Part shown: in pieces, positions 25,861 through 35,962 of the stretch | Numbering within the stretch: the stretch's first letter is position 1 | Layout: every line of letters begins with the position of its first letter | Assembly (NCBI GenBank): GCA_009930425.1 | Contig: RZYE01000001.1 | Coordinates: forward strand, 1-63,537 | DNA: 63,537 nt | DNA from: Actinomycetota bacterium | GTDB lineage: Bacteria; Actinomycetota; Actinomycetes; Actinomycetales; Actinomycetaceae | Direction of reading: 5' to 3' | The notes under the pieces: generated by a model | Seen by the model: the letters and a program-made list of their open reading frames with translations, nothing else | Databases searched by the model: none | Told to the model about the DNA's origin: nothing | Position numbers and translations under genes: made by a program

Positions 25861-27656
25861 TGCGTGACCTCTCCGAACACCCGATCTGGCTGAGGGACAT
25901 CGACGCCGCACTACCCGTGACTGCGTCGTTCGTGGTCAGCGGGAACATCCGCGACCTGTACCTCCTCCCGCACTCGAGCCGGCCCAAGGACGCCTACGCG
26001 GCACTGTGGGACACCCTGCGGCGCAGCGGCTTCGAGGCGATCGTGCTGCACACGCCGAGCGCCCTGCGGGTCCTCCCTCTCGGCGATTCGGCGGCGATGG
26101 AGGCGGCCTGCCAGGTCCTGGGCACCAAGGAGGAGGACTTCGACGCCCCCGTCGGCCCGGATGAGCTCGCACGCCACGTCCGCAGCGTCCTCGGGACGTC
26201 CGCACGGCGCGTGGCGCTCGTGGTCGACTACGTGTCCCAGTGGAACACCAGCGGCGAGTCGGTGGCCCCCGCGGACCTCGCGCTCTTCCGCACCGCCCTC
26301 GAATCCATCCACGCGGCGCACTCGTTCCGGTACGGCAGCGCACGCCGGTCCGCGCTGTACAACCCCCTCATCTGGCTGGTGGACCGGCCCGCCGACCTCC
26401 CGGAGTGGCTGGTGGGCGGCTCCGACCTGATCCGCCAGGTCCCGATCCCCTCCCCCGACCTCGACGACCGGCTGGACCTCACGCGCCGGCTCACGGCCGG
26501 CATGTCCCCCGACGGCGCCGCCGCCGAGGCGGGTGCGCGCCGGTTCGCCGAGCTCACCGAGGGCATGACGCTGCGGTCCCTCCTCGAGATCCGGCAGCTC
26601 TCGATGGACCAGGAGATCGGCCTCGACCACATCGACGACGCCGTGCGCGCCTTCCGGATCGGCGTGGTGACCAACCCGTGGGCGCGCCGGGAGCTCCAGC
26701 AGCGGATCCGCGACGGCGCCGCCCACCTCACCCGGCGCGTCAAGGGCCAGGACCGCGCCGTCCGTCACGCGTTGGACATCCTGCTCCGGTCCACCACGGG
26801 CATGACGGGGGCGGAGACCGGCCGGCCGGTCAGCGGCCCGCGCGGCATCCTCTTCTTCGCCGGGCCCACCGGCGTGGGCAAGACGGAACTCGCCAAGGCC
26901 ATCACGGCCCTCGTGTTCGGGGACGAGCGCGCCTACATCCGTTTCGACATGAGCGAGTTCGCCTCGGAGCACACCGAGGCCCGGCTCATCGGGTCCCCAC
27001 CCGGCTACGTCGGCCACGGGCAGGGCGGCGAGCTGACCAACGCGGTGCGGCAGAAGCCCTTCGCGCTCATCCTCTTCGACGAGATCGAGAAGGCCCACCC
27101 CCGCATCCTGGACAAGTTCCTCCAGATCCTCAGCGACGGCCGCCTCACCGACGGCAGCGGCGCCACCGTGCACTTCAGCGAGTCCCTCATCGTGTTCACC
27201 TCGAACCTGGGCGTGCCCCCGGTCCCCGACGGGGAGGAGCCGCCGCGCGGCCGCGAGCTCGAGGAGACGGTGCAGGCCGCCATCACGGACGCCTTCGAGC
27301 ACGACCTCCACCGCCCGGAACTCCTGGGGCGGATCGGGGACAACATCGTGGTCTTCGACTACATCAGCCCCGACATCGCGCGCGTCCTCGCCTCGGACTT
27401 CATCGACAACATCCTCGCCCGTGCCCACCAGACCCGGGAGGTCAGGCTCCGGATCACCGACGACGTCCGGGCGCACCTGGTCGAGGAGGCGATCGCCGAC
27501 CTCTCCAAGGGCGGCCGGGGCATCGGCCGGAACCTCGAGCGGATCCTCGTGAACCCGTTGGCTCGCGCCCTGTTCGACCTCGAACCCGGCCGGTCGGCCA
27601 CCATCACGGACGTCAGGCGGGAGGAGGCCGGGTGGTACACGGTGAGCCTCGCCTGA
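25857..27656 (+). CDS. Clp/Hsp100 D2-type AAA+ ATPase with a P-loop-less N-terminal AAA-like module
   Basis: ILFFAGPTGVGKTELAKAI (Walker A at 26862-26885). The Clp AAA_2 hallmark is present: RFDMSEFASEHTEARLIGSPPGYVGHGQGGELTNAVRQKPFALILFDEIEKAHP. The N-terminal half (FVVSGNIRDLYL...VALVVDYVSQ) lacks a Walker A. Confidence 0.85.
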   Translation: MMRDLSEHPIWLRDIDAALPVTASFVVSGNIRDLYLLPHSSRPKDAYAALWDTLRRSGFEAIVLHTPSALRVLPLGDSAAMEAACQVLGTKEEDFDAPVGPDELARHVRSVLGTSARRVALVVDYVSQWNTSGESVAPADLALFRTALESIHAAHSFRYGSARRSALYNPLIWLVDRPADLPEWLVGGSDLIRQVPIPSPDLDDRLDLTRRLTAGMSPDGAAAEAGARRFAELTEGMTLRSLLEIRQLSMDQEIGLDHIDDAVRAFRIGVVTNPWARRELQQRIRDGAAHLTRRVKGQDRAVRHALDILLRSTTGMTGAETGRPVSGPRGILFFAGPTGVGKTELAKAITALVFGDERAYIRFDMSEFASEHTEARLIGSPPGYVGHGQGGELTNAVRQKPFALILFDEIEKAHPRILDKFLQILSDGRLTDGSGATVHFSESLIVFTSNLGVPPVPDGEEPPRGRELEETVQAAITDAFEHDLHRPELLGRIGDNIVVFDYISPDIARVLASDFIDNILARAHQTREVRLRITDDVRAHLVEEAIADLSKGGRGIGRNLERILVNPLARALFDLEPGRSATITDVRREEAGWYTVSLA

Positions 27657-27676
27657 CCCTCCGCGTCGCCCGCGTG

Positions 27677-28291
27677 ATGTCCCCCGTGACCGTGCTGGGA
27701 CCGGGACGGCGGGTGGTCCTGTGGGTGCAGGGCTGCGGCATCGGGTGCCCGGGGTGTGCCTCCGTGGACACCTGGGATCCCGACGGCGGCACGCGCCTCG
27801 ACGTCGTCGCCCTCGTCGGCCAGATCGGTGACCTCATCGGCCGGGACGGACTCGACGGCCTCACCATCACCGGGGGCGAGCCGACCGACCAGGGCGAGCC
27901 GCTGCACGAGCTCGTCACGCTGCTGCGGGCGCGCCGCCCCGACCTCGACGTCCTCGTCTTCACCGGACGCACGCACCGGGTGGCCGCGCGGCGGGCGCCC
28001 CGCCTCCTCGAGGCCACCGACTGCGTGGTCGCCGGTCCGTACCGGCGGGACCTGCCGCCGAACGGGCCCCTGGTCGCGTCCGCCAACCAGACCGTCCACC
28101 TCAGGTCCGGCGCGGCGCGGGAACGCTACGCGGCCCTGCTGGAGGACTCGCTGGCGCCCGGGCTCCAGGTGTGCGTCGAGGACGGTGAGATCCTGCTCGT
28201 GGGGTTGCCCCGGGCCGGGGACCTGGATCGGTTCGAGGCCGGCCTCGCCGCGGCGGGGGTTCGACTGGAGGGAGTGACGTGGCGACCATGA
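27677..28291 (+). CDS. NrdG/PflA-like radical-SAM activase-family protein
   Basis: VVLWVQGCGIGCPGCASVDTW carries the CxxxCxxC cluster at 27734-27757. LTITGGEPT is a SAM-binding GGE motif. At 204 aa it is the size of small activases. Confidence 0.8.
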   Translation: MSPVTVLGPGRRVVLWVQGCGIGCPGCASVDTWDPDGGTRLDVVALVGQIGDLIGRDGLDGLTITGGEPTDQGEPLHELVTLLRARRPDLDVLVFTGRTHRVAARRAPRLLEATDCVVAGPYRRDLPPNGPLVASANQTVHLRSGAARERYAALLEDSLAPGLQVCVEDGEILLVGLPRAGDLDRFEAGLAAAGVRLEGVTWRP

Positions 28292-28913
28292 TGCGACACG
28301 GGTGCGGCACGGTGGTGGATGCCGACGAGATCCTCTGCCCGGGCTGTGGCGGAGCGGTCACCGAGGAGACGCTGAGCCCGCTCGAGGAGGCGGCGACCAC
28401 GGTCCTGCCTGCCGGCGCCGCTGCCCCTCCCCCCGCGGTTGGCCCGAGCGAGGGAGAGCGGCTCTGCCCCACCGAGTGGTGCCGCCGTCCCCTGCTCCCC
28501 GGGGCGACCGTTTGCGACGGCTGCCACCGTCCCGTCCCGCCCGCCACCCCGCAGCCAGGCCCAGGACCGTCCGTGCCGGCGCCCACCGGACGGCCCGCCC
28601 TCGCCACCGCGACGTACGCGCTCGTCCTGCCCGGGGCGGTGCGGCTCGTCCTCCGTGCCGGCGAGACGCTCGAGTTGGGGCGTGAGGCGGGCCCCGCCGT
28701 CGTCAGGGCCACGCTCGCCCCCCTCGACACGGTCTCGCGGCGCCACGCCAGCGTGACCGCCGCGCCGGACGGGGCGGTGGTACGCGACCTGAACTCCGCC
28801 AACGGCACGTTCGTGGACGATGTGGCCGTCTCGGCGGCGATCACCGTCCGGCCGCCCGTGGTGCTGCGGCTCGGGCAGACGGTCAGGATCGGTCTCGTGG
28901 AAGGGGAGGGGTC

Positions 28914-28917
<4 letters not shown>
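28279..28917 (+). CDS. Double zinc-ribbon - FHA domain protein
   Basis: CGTVVDADEILCPGCG and CPTEWCRRPLLPGATVCDGC are the two ribbons. The FHA core is LELGRE...VSRRHASV...NSANGTFVDD (GR, SxxH, NG). It overlaps both neighbouring genes. Confidence 0.8.
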
Positions 28918-31565
<2,648 letters not shown>

Positions 31566-31574
31566 GAGAATCCG

Positions 31575-32309
31575 ATGGATGTCAGGTACGCCGCTGTCAC
31601 CAACGTTGGCAGTGTGAGGAGCGAGAACCAGGACGCGATCCTCATCGACGGCCTCGCCAGCACCCAGGATGTGCTGTACAGGGACAAGGGCGGCACCCGC
31701 GACGGTGACGCCCCGCTCGTCTTCGCGGTGTTCGACGGCATGGGGGGCCATGCCGGCGGGGGCACCGCATCGCGCATCGCGGCGATGGTGGTGGGGGCGG
31801 CACCCAGCCCCCGGACGGAGGCAGAGGTGGTGGAGCGGCTCCGTCGCGCCAACGCCCTCATCCTGGAGGAGACCCGGCTGCGGCCGGACCTCACCGGGAT
31901 GGGGACAACCGCCGTCGTCGTCTCGGTGTCGGCGGACGGCTTCGTCGTCGCCAGCGTGGGCGATTCGGCCGTGTTCCGCGTGCTCGGGACGAGCCTCGGC
32001 GAGCTGACGGCACCCGACCGCGTCCCCGACCCCAGGCGCCCGGGCGCGTGGCTGCTGACCGCAGCCCTGGGGCCCAGCGCGTCGGTGACACCCCACACGG
32101 ACGTCTACCCCGTGGCAGCGCCCACGCGGCTCGTGCTCGCCTCCGATGGGCTGACGGACGTGGTGGACAGGGGCGAACTCCGCCGCATCGCCACGGGGAC
32201 GGATGACCCCGAAGCGGCCGCCCTCGCCCTGACGGCCGCGGTGCTGCGGGGAGGCGGTCCGGACAACGTCTCGGTCATCGTGCTCGACCTCGAATCAGGC
32301 CTCGATTAG
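31575..32309 (+). CDS. PP2C-family Ser/Thr phosphatase
   Basis: AGGAGAA SD. Motifs are GSVRSENQDA, FAVFDGMGGH, GMGTT, LASDGLTD and GGPDNVSVIVL. Confidence 0.9.
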   Translation: MDVRYAAVTNVGSVRSENQDAILIDGLASTQDVLYRDKGGTRDGDAPLVFAVFDGMGGHAGGGTASRIAAMVVGAAPSPRTEAEVVERLRRANALILEETRLRPDLTGMGTTAVVVSVSADGFVVASVGDSAVFRVLGTSLGELTAPDRVPDPRRPGAWLLTAALGPSASVTPHTDVYPVAAPTRLVLASDGLTDVVDRGELRRIATGTDDPEAAALALTAAVLRGGGPDNVSVIVLDLESGLD

Positions 32310-32366
32310 GGGCACAACCGAAACCCGAGTCGAAGCATCGGTGAGTTGGCTACCGGCTGAACCGAC

Positions 32367-32849
32367 TCAGTCGCGCATGAAGGACCAGAGATGCACCGGG
32401 GACGAGTCATTGATGTAGTCGATCAGTGGGGACCCGTCCCAGTCGGCGGTGAGACTGCCCTGGGAGATGATGGCGTACTTCGACCTGGCTGGGTTCCCCA
32501 TGTAGTTGCCGGTGCTCAGAGCAGTCCGCACGGCATCCCACTCGGTGTTGATGGCGTCGTTTATCCGAGACGTCCCAGAGGGTTCCAATCCCCACGCGGT
32601 CAGTCCACCACCCCATGGTCCCTGTATGGCGGTGAGCATCAGAGTCTCGTCCTTGTCGAAGTAGAAGCCAACGTCGGAAACCTCAAGCTCCGTCCTGTCG
32701 AGGTCGAGGAGTTCGAGTACGTACGCGATCAACGTGTCGAGGGGCGCTTCCGTGGTGTACCAGGTGATGCTCTCACCCGCTCGTAAGTTGGCGACGTACA
32801 TGCTGCGCGGGTGATCGTCTGGCAGGTTCGGGCTTTGCAGAATGCTCAT
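32367..32849 (-). CDS. Hypothetical 160-aa protein in a visibly less GC-rich patch
   Basis: GAAGGA SD. Composition is acidic and Trp/Tyr-rich (WYTTEAPLDTLIAYVLELLDL..., PWGGGLTAWGLEP). It is the only minus-strand gene between 20976 and 43066. No family recognised. Confidence 0.6.
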   Translation of the reverse strand: MSILQSPNLPDDHPRSMYVANLRAGESITWYTTEAPLDTLIAYVLELLDLDRTELEVSDVGFYFDKDETLMLTAIQGPWGGGLTAWGLEPSGTSRINDAINTEWDAVRTALSTGNYMGNPARSKYAIISQGSLTADWDGSPLIDYINDSSPVHLWSFMRD

Positions 32850-33062
32850 TCCTTCACCCTAGAGCAATGACCAGAACCAGTGAATGTTCCTCGGCGAGGG
32901 TGACGTGAGAGAGCCACCCTACCGGGGATGACCTGGAAATTGGCGAACATCTTGCCAGGAACCGGTGCTGAAGCCTGGTTCGGAAACGCGCGCCCAAGTA
33001 CTTGTGGTGGTCCACGTGGAGCTGCGACAATCGTGCTCCGCGAGACAACAAAGGAGTTTGGG

Positions 33063-33206
33063 ATGTTCAAGGCCGAAGCGAAGAAGACACAGCAGGGCAA
33101 CTACAACGTTGCCGGCACTTGTCGCAATGGGCACACCTCGTTCAAGAAGGCCGGAGACACCTCAACTGCCTACAAGTGCCCCTACTGCGGACACGACGTT
33201 CCCTGA
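33063..33206 (+). CDS. 47-aa zinc-ribbon-like peptide
   Basis: An AAAGGAG SD lies 7 nt before the ATG. MFKAEAKKTQQGNYNVAGTCRNGHTSFKKAGDTSTAYKCPYCGHDVP has the pattern Cx4H...CxxC. Confidence 0.5.
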   Translation: MFKAEAKKTQQGNYNVAGTCRNGHTSFKKAGDTSTAYKCPYCGHDVP

Positions 33207-33371
33207 GGCAAGCGTGCGCGCTGGCTGAACAGGGCTGGACTCCGACGATCTCGATCGACCGCCACGGATCGCCGGGAGGTCCACACAAGTCCGATCCGAT
33301 AGGCCCCACGCAGCCACGGTCTGCGGGAGCAGAATCGGATGCACTTGGACGTCCCTGCACGGAGGTGACCC

Positions 33372-34412
33372 ATGGCCGTCTTCATCAGCTATCACAACAG
33401 CCGCAGCGAGACCGTGGAACATGTGGTCCGGTATTTGCAACGGCACGGCATTGAGGCGTGGTACGCGCCGCGCAACATCCCGCCCGGCGCCACGTGGGAC
33501 GAGGCAATCGTCTCCGCGATCCGGTCCTCCGAGGCACTGGTGCTGCTCTTCGACGCGTCTGCCGATGCCAGCAAGCAGATCAAGCGCGAGATCCACACCG
33601 CGGACGAGCACGGGATCCCCATCCGTTGGCTCCGCCTTGAACAGATCCAGCCGAGCGGTCTCGAGTTCTTCCTGGGCATGACCCAGTGGATCGACTGGCT
33701 GGATGCGAGGGACGAGGCCCTTGAGCAGCTTGTCGCTTCGCTTCCCAGCCGCAAGGACGCTCCCCCACCGATCCCAGTACACGTCCCGGTGGAACCCGAG
33801 GAGGAGGCGCCCGGTGAGGAAGCACGCGCCGAGGAAGCCGAGGAAGCCGGACCAGCCGGCGAGTCCGGCGGGGTGGACCGGGACGTCACCACGGAGCCGG
33901 TCTCGACGGCCCCGGTGCTGGCCCCCTACACCGAGTGGACACCGCATCCGCTGCCGCCGATGAACGAAGCGTCGTGGGACGACGTCGTGGACGGTCTCGT
34001 GGAGATCATCGGCGTCGAGGGACCGGTGCTCGCCCACCGCGTCTTCCAGCTCTACACCCGGGGCATGGGTGGCCATCGGATGGGGAGCACGACAACCGAG
34101 GAGCTCCAGTACGCACTCGAGCGCGGACTGCGCCAGGGCCGGATCGCGAAGGTCAAGGACTACCTCCGTGGCCAGCTGAACAAGACGCTCTACATCCCCG
34201 GCACTCCCCCGGCCGTGCCCCGGCAGCTCGGCCCCCGGCAACTGGCCGAGGTGCCCCGCTCCGAGATCCAGCAACTCGTGCGGAACCGCGGGCTCGAGTT
34301 CGACTCGCCCGACGTTCCCCGAGCGGTGCAGGAACAGCTCGGGTTGAAGCGGCTCACCGACAAGACCGTCGAATTCGTCAGCGAGTGCATGGAGTACCAC
34401 CACCGGGTGTGA
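33372..34412 (+). CDS. TIR domain - acidic linker - C-terminal wHTH-like (DUF3320-like) domain
   Basis: GGAGGTGA SD. VFISYHNSRSETVEHVVRYLQRHGIEAWYAPRNI...ALVLLFDASADASKQIKREI is a TIR domain with the conserved Glu. The C-terminus VDGLVEIIGVEGPVLAHRVFQLYTRGMGGHRMGS...LERGLRQGRI resembles the DUF3320-type tail. Confidence 0.75.
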   Translation: MAVFISYHNSRSETVEHVVRYLQRHGIEAWYAPRNIPPGATWDEAIVSAIRSSEALVLLFDASADASKQIKREIHTADEHGIPIRWLRLEQIQPSGLEFFLGMTQWIDWLDARDEALEQLVASLPSRKDAPPPIPVHVPVEPEEEAPGEEARAEEAEEAGPAGESGGVDRDVTTEPVSTAPVLAPYTEWTPHPLPPMNEASWDDVVDGLVEIIGVEGPVLAHRVFQLYTRGMGGHRMGSTTTEELQYALERGLRQGRIAKVKDYLRGQLNKTLYIPGTPPAVPRQLGPRQLAEVPRSEIQQLVRNRGLEFDSPDVPRAVQEQLGLKRLTDKTVEFVSECMEYHHRV

Positions 34413-34550
34413 CAGTCGGCCCCCCAACCGACGAGTCGGAGCGATCGATCTCCCACACGCCTCCGCGTTCAGGATCAGGGAGTCGCATGACGGCAGGGCG
34501 CCGTCAAGTAGTCTCGCAGTTGGCGGCGGACGTGCTGCAACCCCCTGGGT

Positions 34551-35801
34551 TTGGGAATCGGGATGACTCGGAGAACATGGATGGAAGCGCCGACGACCGC
34601 TGATGCCGTGGAGACGTTCTTTCGACGCGATGTCATCGGCGGAGTCATCCCGGGAATCCTGGTAATCACCGAATTCTGGTTGTTCGGCGTCGTGCTCTCT
34701 GGTGGAGATCCCAAGGCCGCTTTCAGTGGCACACTCGCCATCCTCCAAGGTGCCAATTTCGCCACCGGGGCAGTCCTCCTCGTGGGATTGGCCGCCGGTG
34801 GATGGGTCCTTGGTTGGACGGCCCGCAAGCTCGGCTTCGTCCTGATGGACCTCTCCGTGGTGAAGTGGGCTGCACGAAGGGTGAAATCCCTGCCCGCCAC
34901 CACCCGGGACACGCTCCGACAGTTGAAGACCGAGGACCCCATCTCCTACCGGGCAATGACCACACGCCACGATTGGTGGCCGTTCGATCCGGAGTGCGTC
35001 GACGACGATCGGATGACGATCTTCCATCATGCGAAGCAGTGGCTCATCCGGAATGATCCCCAGAGCGCCGCACTGGACAAGGAAGCCACGATCAACGCGC
35101 TGGCTGGAGTCGCAGTCGCGGGGTTGGGAACTCTGCTGTTGGTGCACTGGGTTCCCCCGCTGCTCGTCGCCACTGCCGTGGCCTTTGCCATCCTGCTCAT
35201 CGTGCTCGGAGCTCGCGAGCGCCGCTACGAGGAGATGGACGTGCTGCGCGCAATGATGTATTCCGTCACCTTCGAGGACCGGCCGGATACGACGACTCAC
35301 CGAATCCCGTGGGGCCAGTTCGAGACCATCTTCAAGCCGATCATCAGGGCGGAACTGGACTGGGAGGCAGCAGCAGGTTCGTCTGTCTGGTTGGAGGTCC
35401 TCGATTCCCTGCCCGGAGATTGGCACACCGTGTGGTACCTCGTGGGGCGGGGAACCGAGTGGGGCCGGCTCGGGGCACACCACGAATCGAACGCGGTTCC
35501 CTTGACCGTGAGTGAGGCTGCTCGAGAGGTGGCGAGTGAATCGGGGCCACTGAAGGACTTTGACAAGGTCAGAGAGATCGCCGCAGCCTTCGCGAGCCAC
35601 GGGAGCGCGGACCTGTTGCTCGCAGCCTGGCGAACGCGGACAGGTCGAACGATCATCCTGGACGGCAACCATCGCGTGGTTGCCGCAGCATTGGCCGGCG
35701 TTCCCGTCCGAACGGTCGCCATGGTGATCCGGGCTCCTGCCGACTGCACGGTACTCCCCGATCTGGTCCATCACTTGCCGGACCAGTCGCCTTGCCGCTA
35801 G
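34551..35801 (+). CDS. Multi-TM protein with a C-terminal ParB/Srx-like domain
   Basis: TTG 34551 or ATG 34563. About five hydrophobic helices (VIPGILVITEFWLFGVVL, GAVLLVGLAAGGWVLGW, LAGVAVAGLGTLLLV, LLVATAVAFAILLIVLGA). The C-terminal RTIILDGNHRVVAAALAGVPVRTVAMVI contains a DGxHR-type ParB N-domain motif. Confidence 0.6.
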   Translation: MGIGMTRRTWMEAPTTADAVETFFRRDVIGGVIPGILVITEFWLFGVVLSGGDPKAAFSGTLAILQGANFATGAVLLVGLAAGGWVLGWTARKLGFVLMDLSVVKWAARRVKSLPATTRDTLRQLKTEDPISYRAMTTRHDWWPFDPECVDDDRMTIFHHAKQWLIRNDPQSAALDKEATINALAGVAVAGLGTLLLVHWVPPLLVATAVAFAILLIVLGARERRYEEMDVLRAMMYSVTFEDRPDTTTHRIPWGQFETIFKPIIRAELDWEAAAGSSVWLEVLDSLPGDWHTVWYLVGRGTEWGRLGAHHESNAVPLTVSEAAREVASESGPLKDFDKVREIAAAFASHGSADLLLAAWRTRTGRTIILDGNHRVVAAALAGVPVRTVAMVIRAPADCTVLPDLVHHLPDQSPCR

Positions 35802-35962
35802 GCGCTCCGGTGGCTCGAAAGTCCTCCGTTGCCGGGCCTCGTCGACGTCCGCGAGCTCGTGCGTCGTTATCAGCGAGCGCCATTCGGGATGCGCGCAGCC
35901 GACATGATTTCGGGGTCTGACAGGATGTCCCCAGACGATCTCGTCCGGCGAAGGGGCACGCG

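Noticed and set aside
27677-28291. Class III ribonucleotide reductase activase (NrdG) as a housekeeping annotation
   Set aside because: No NrdD-like gene is in the window, and the gene is embedded by overlaps in a signalling operon.
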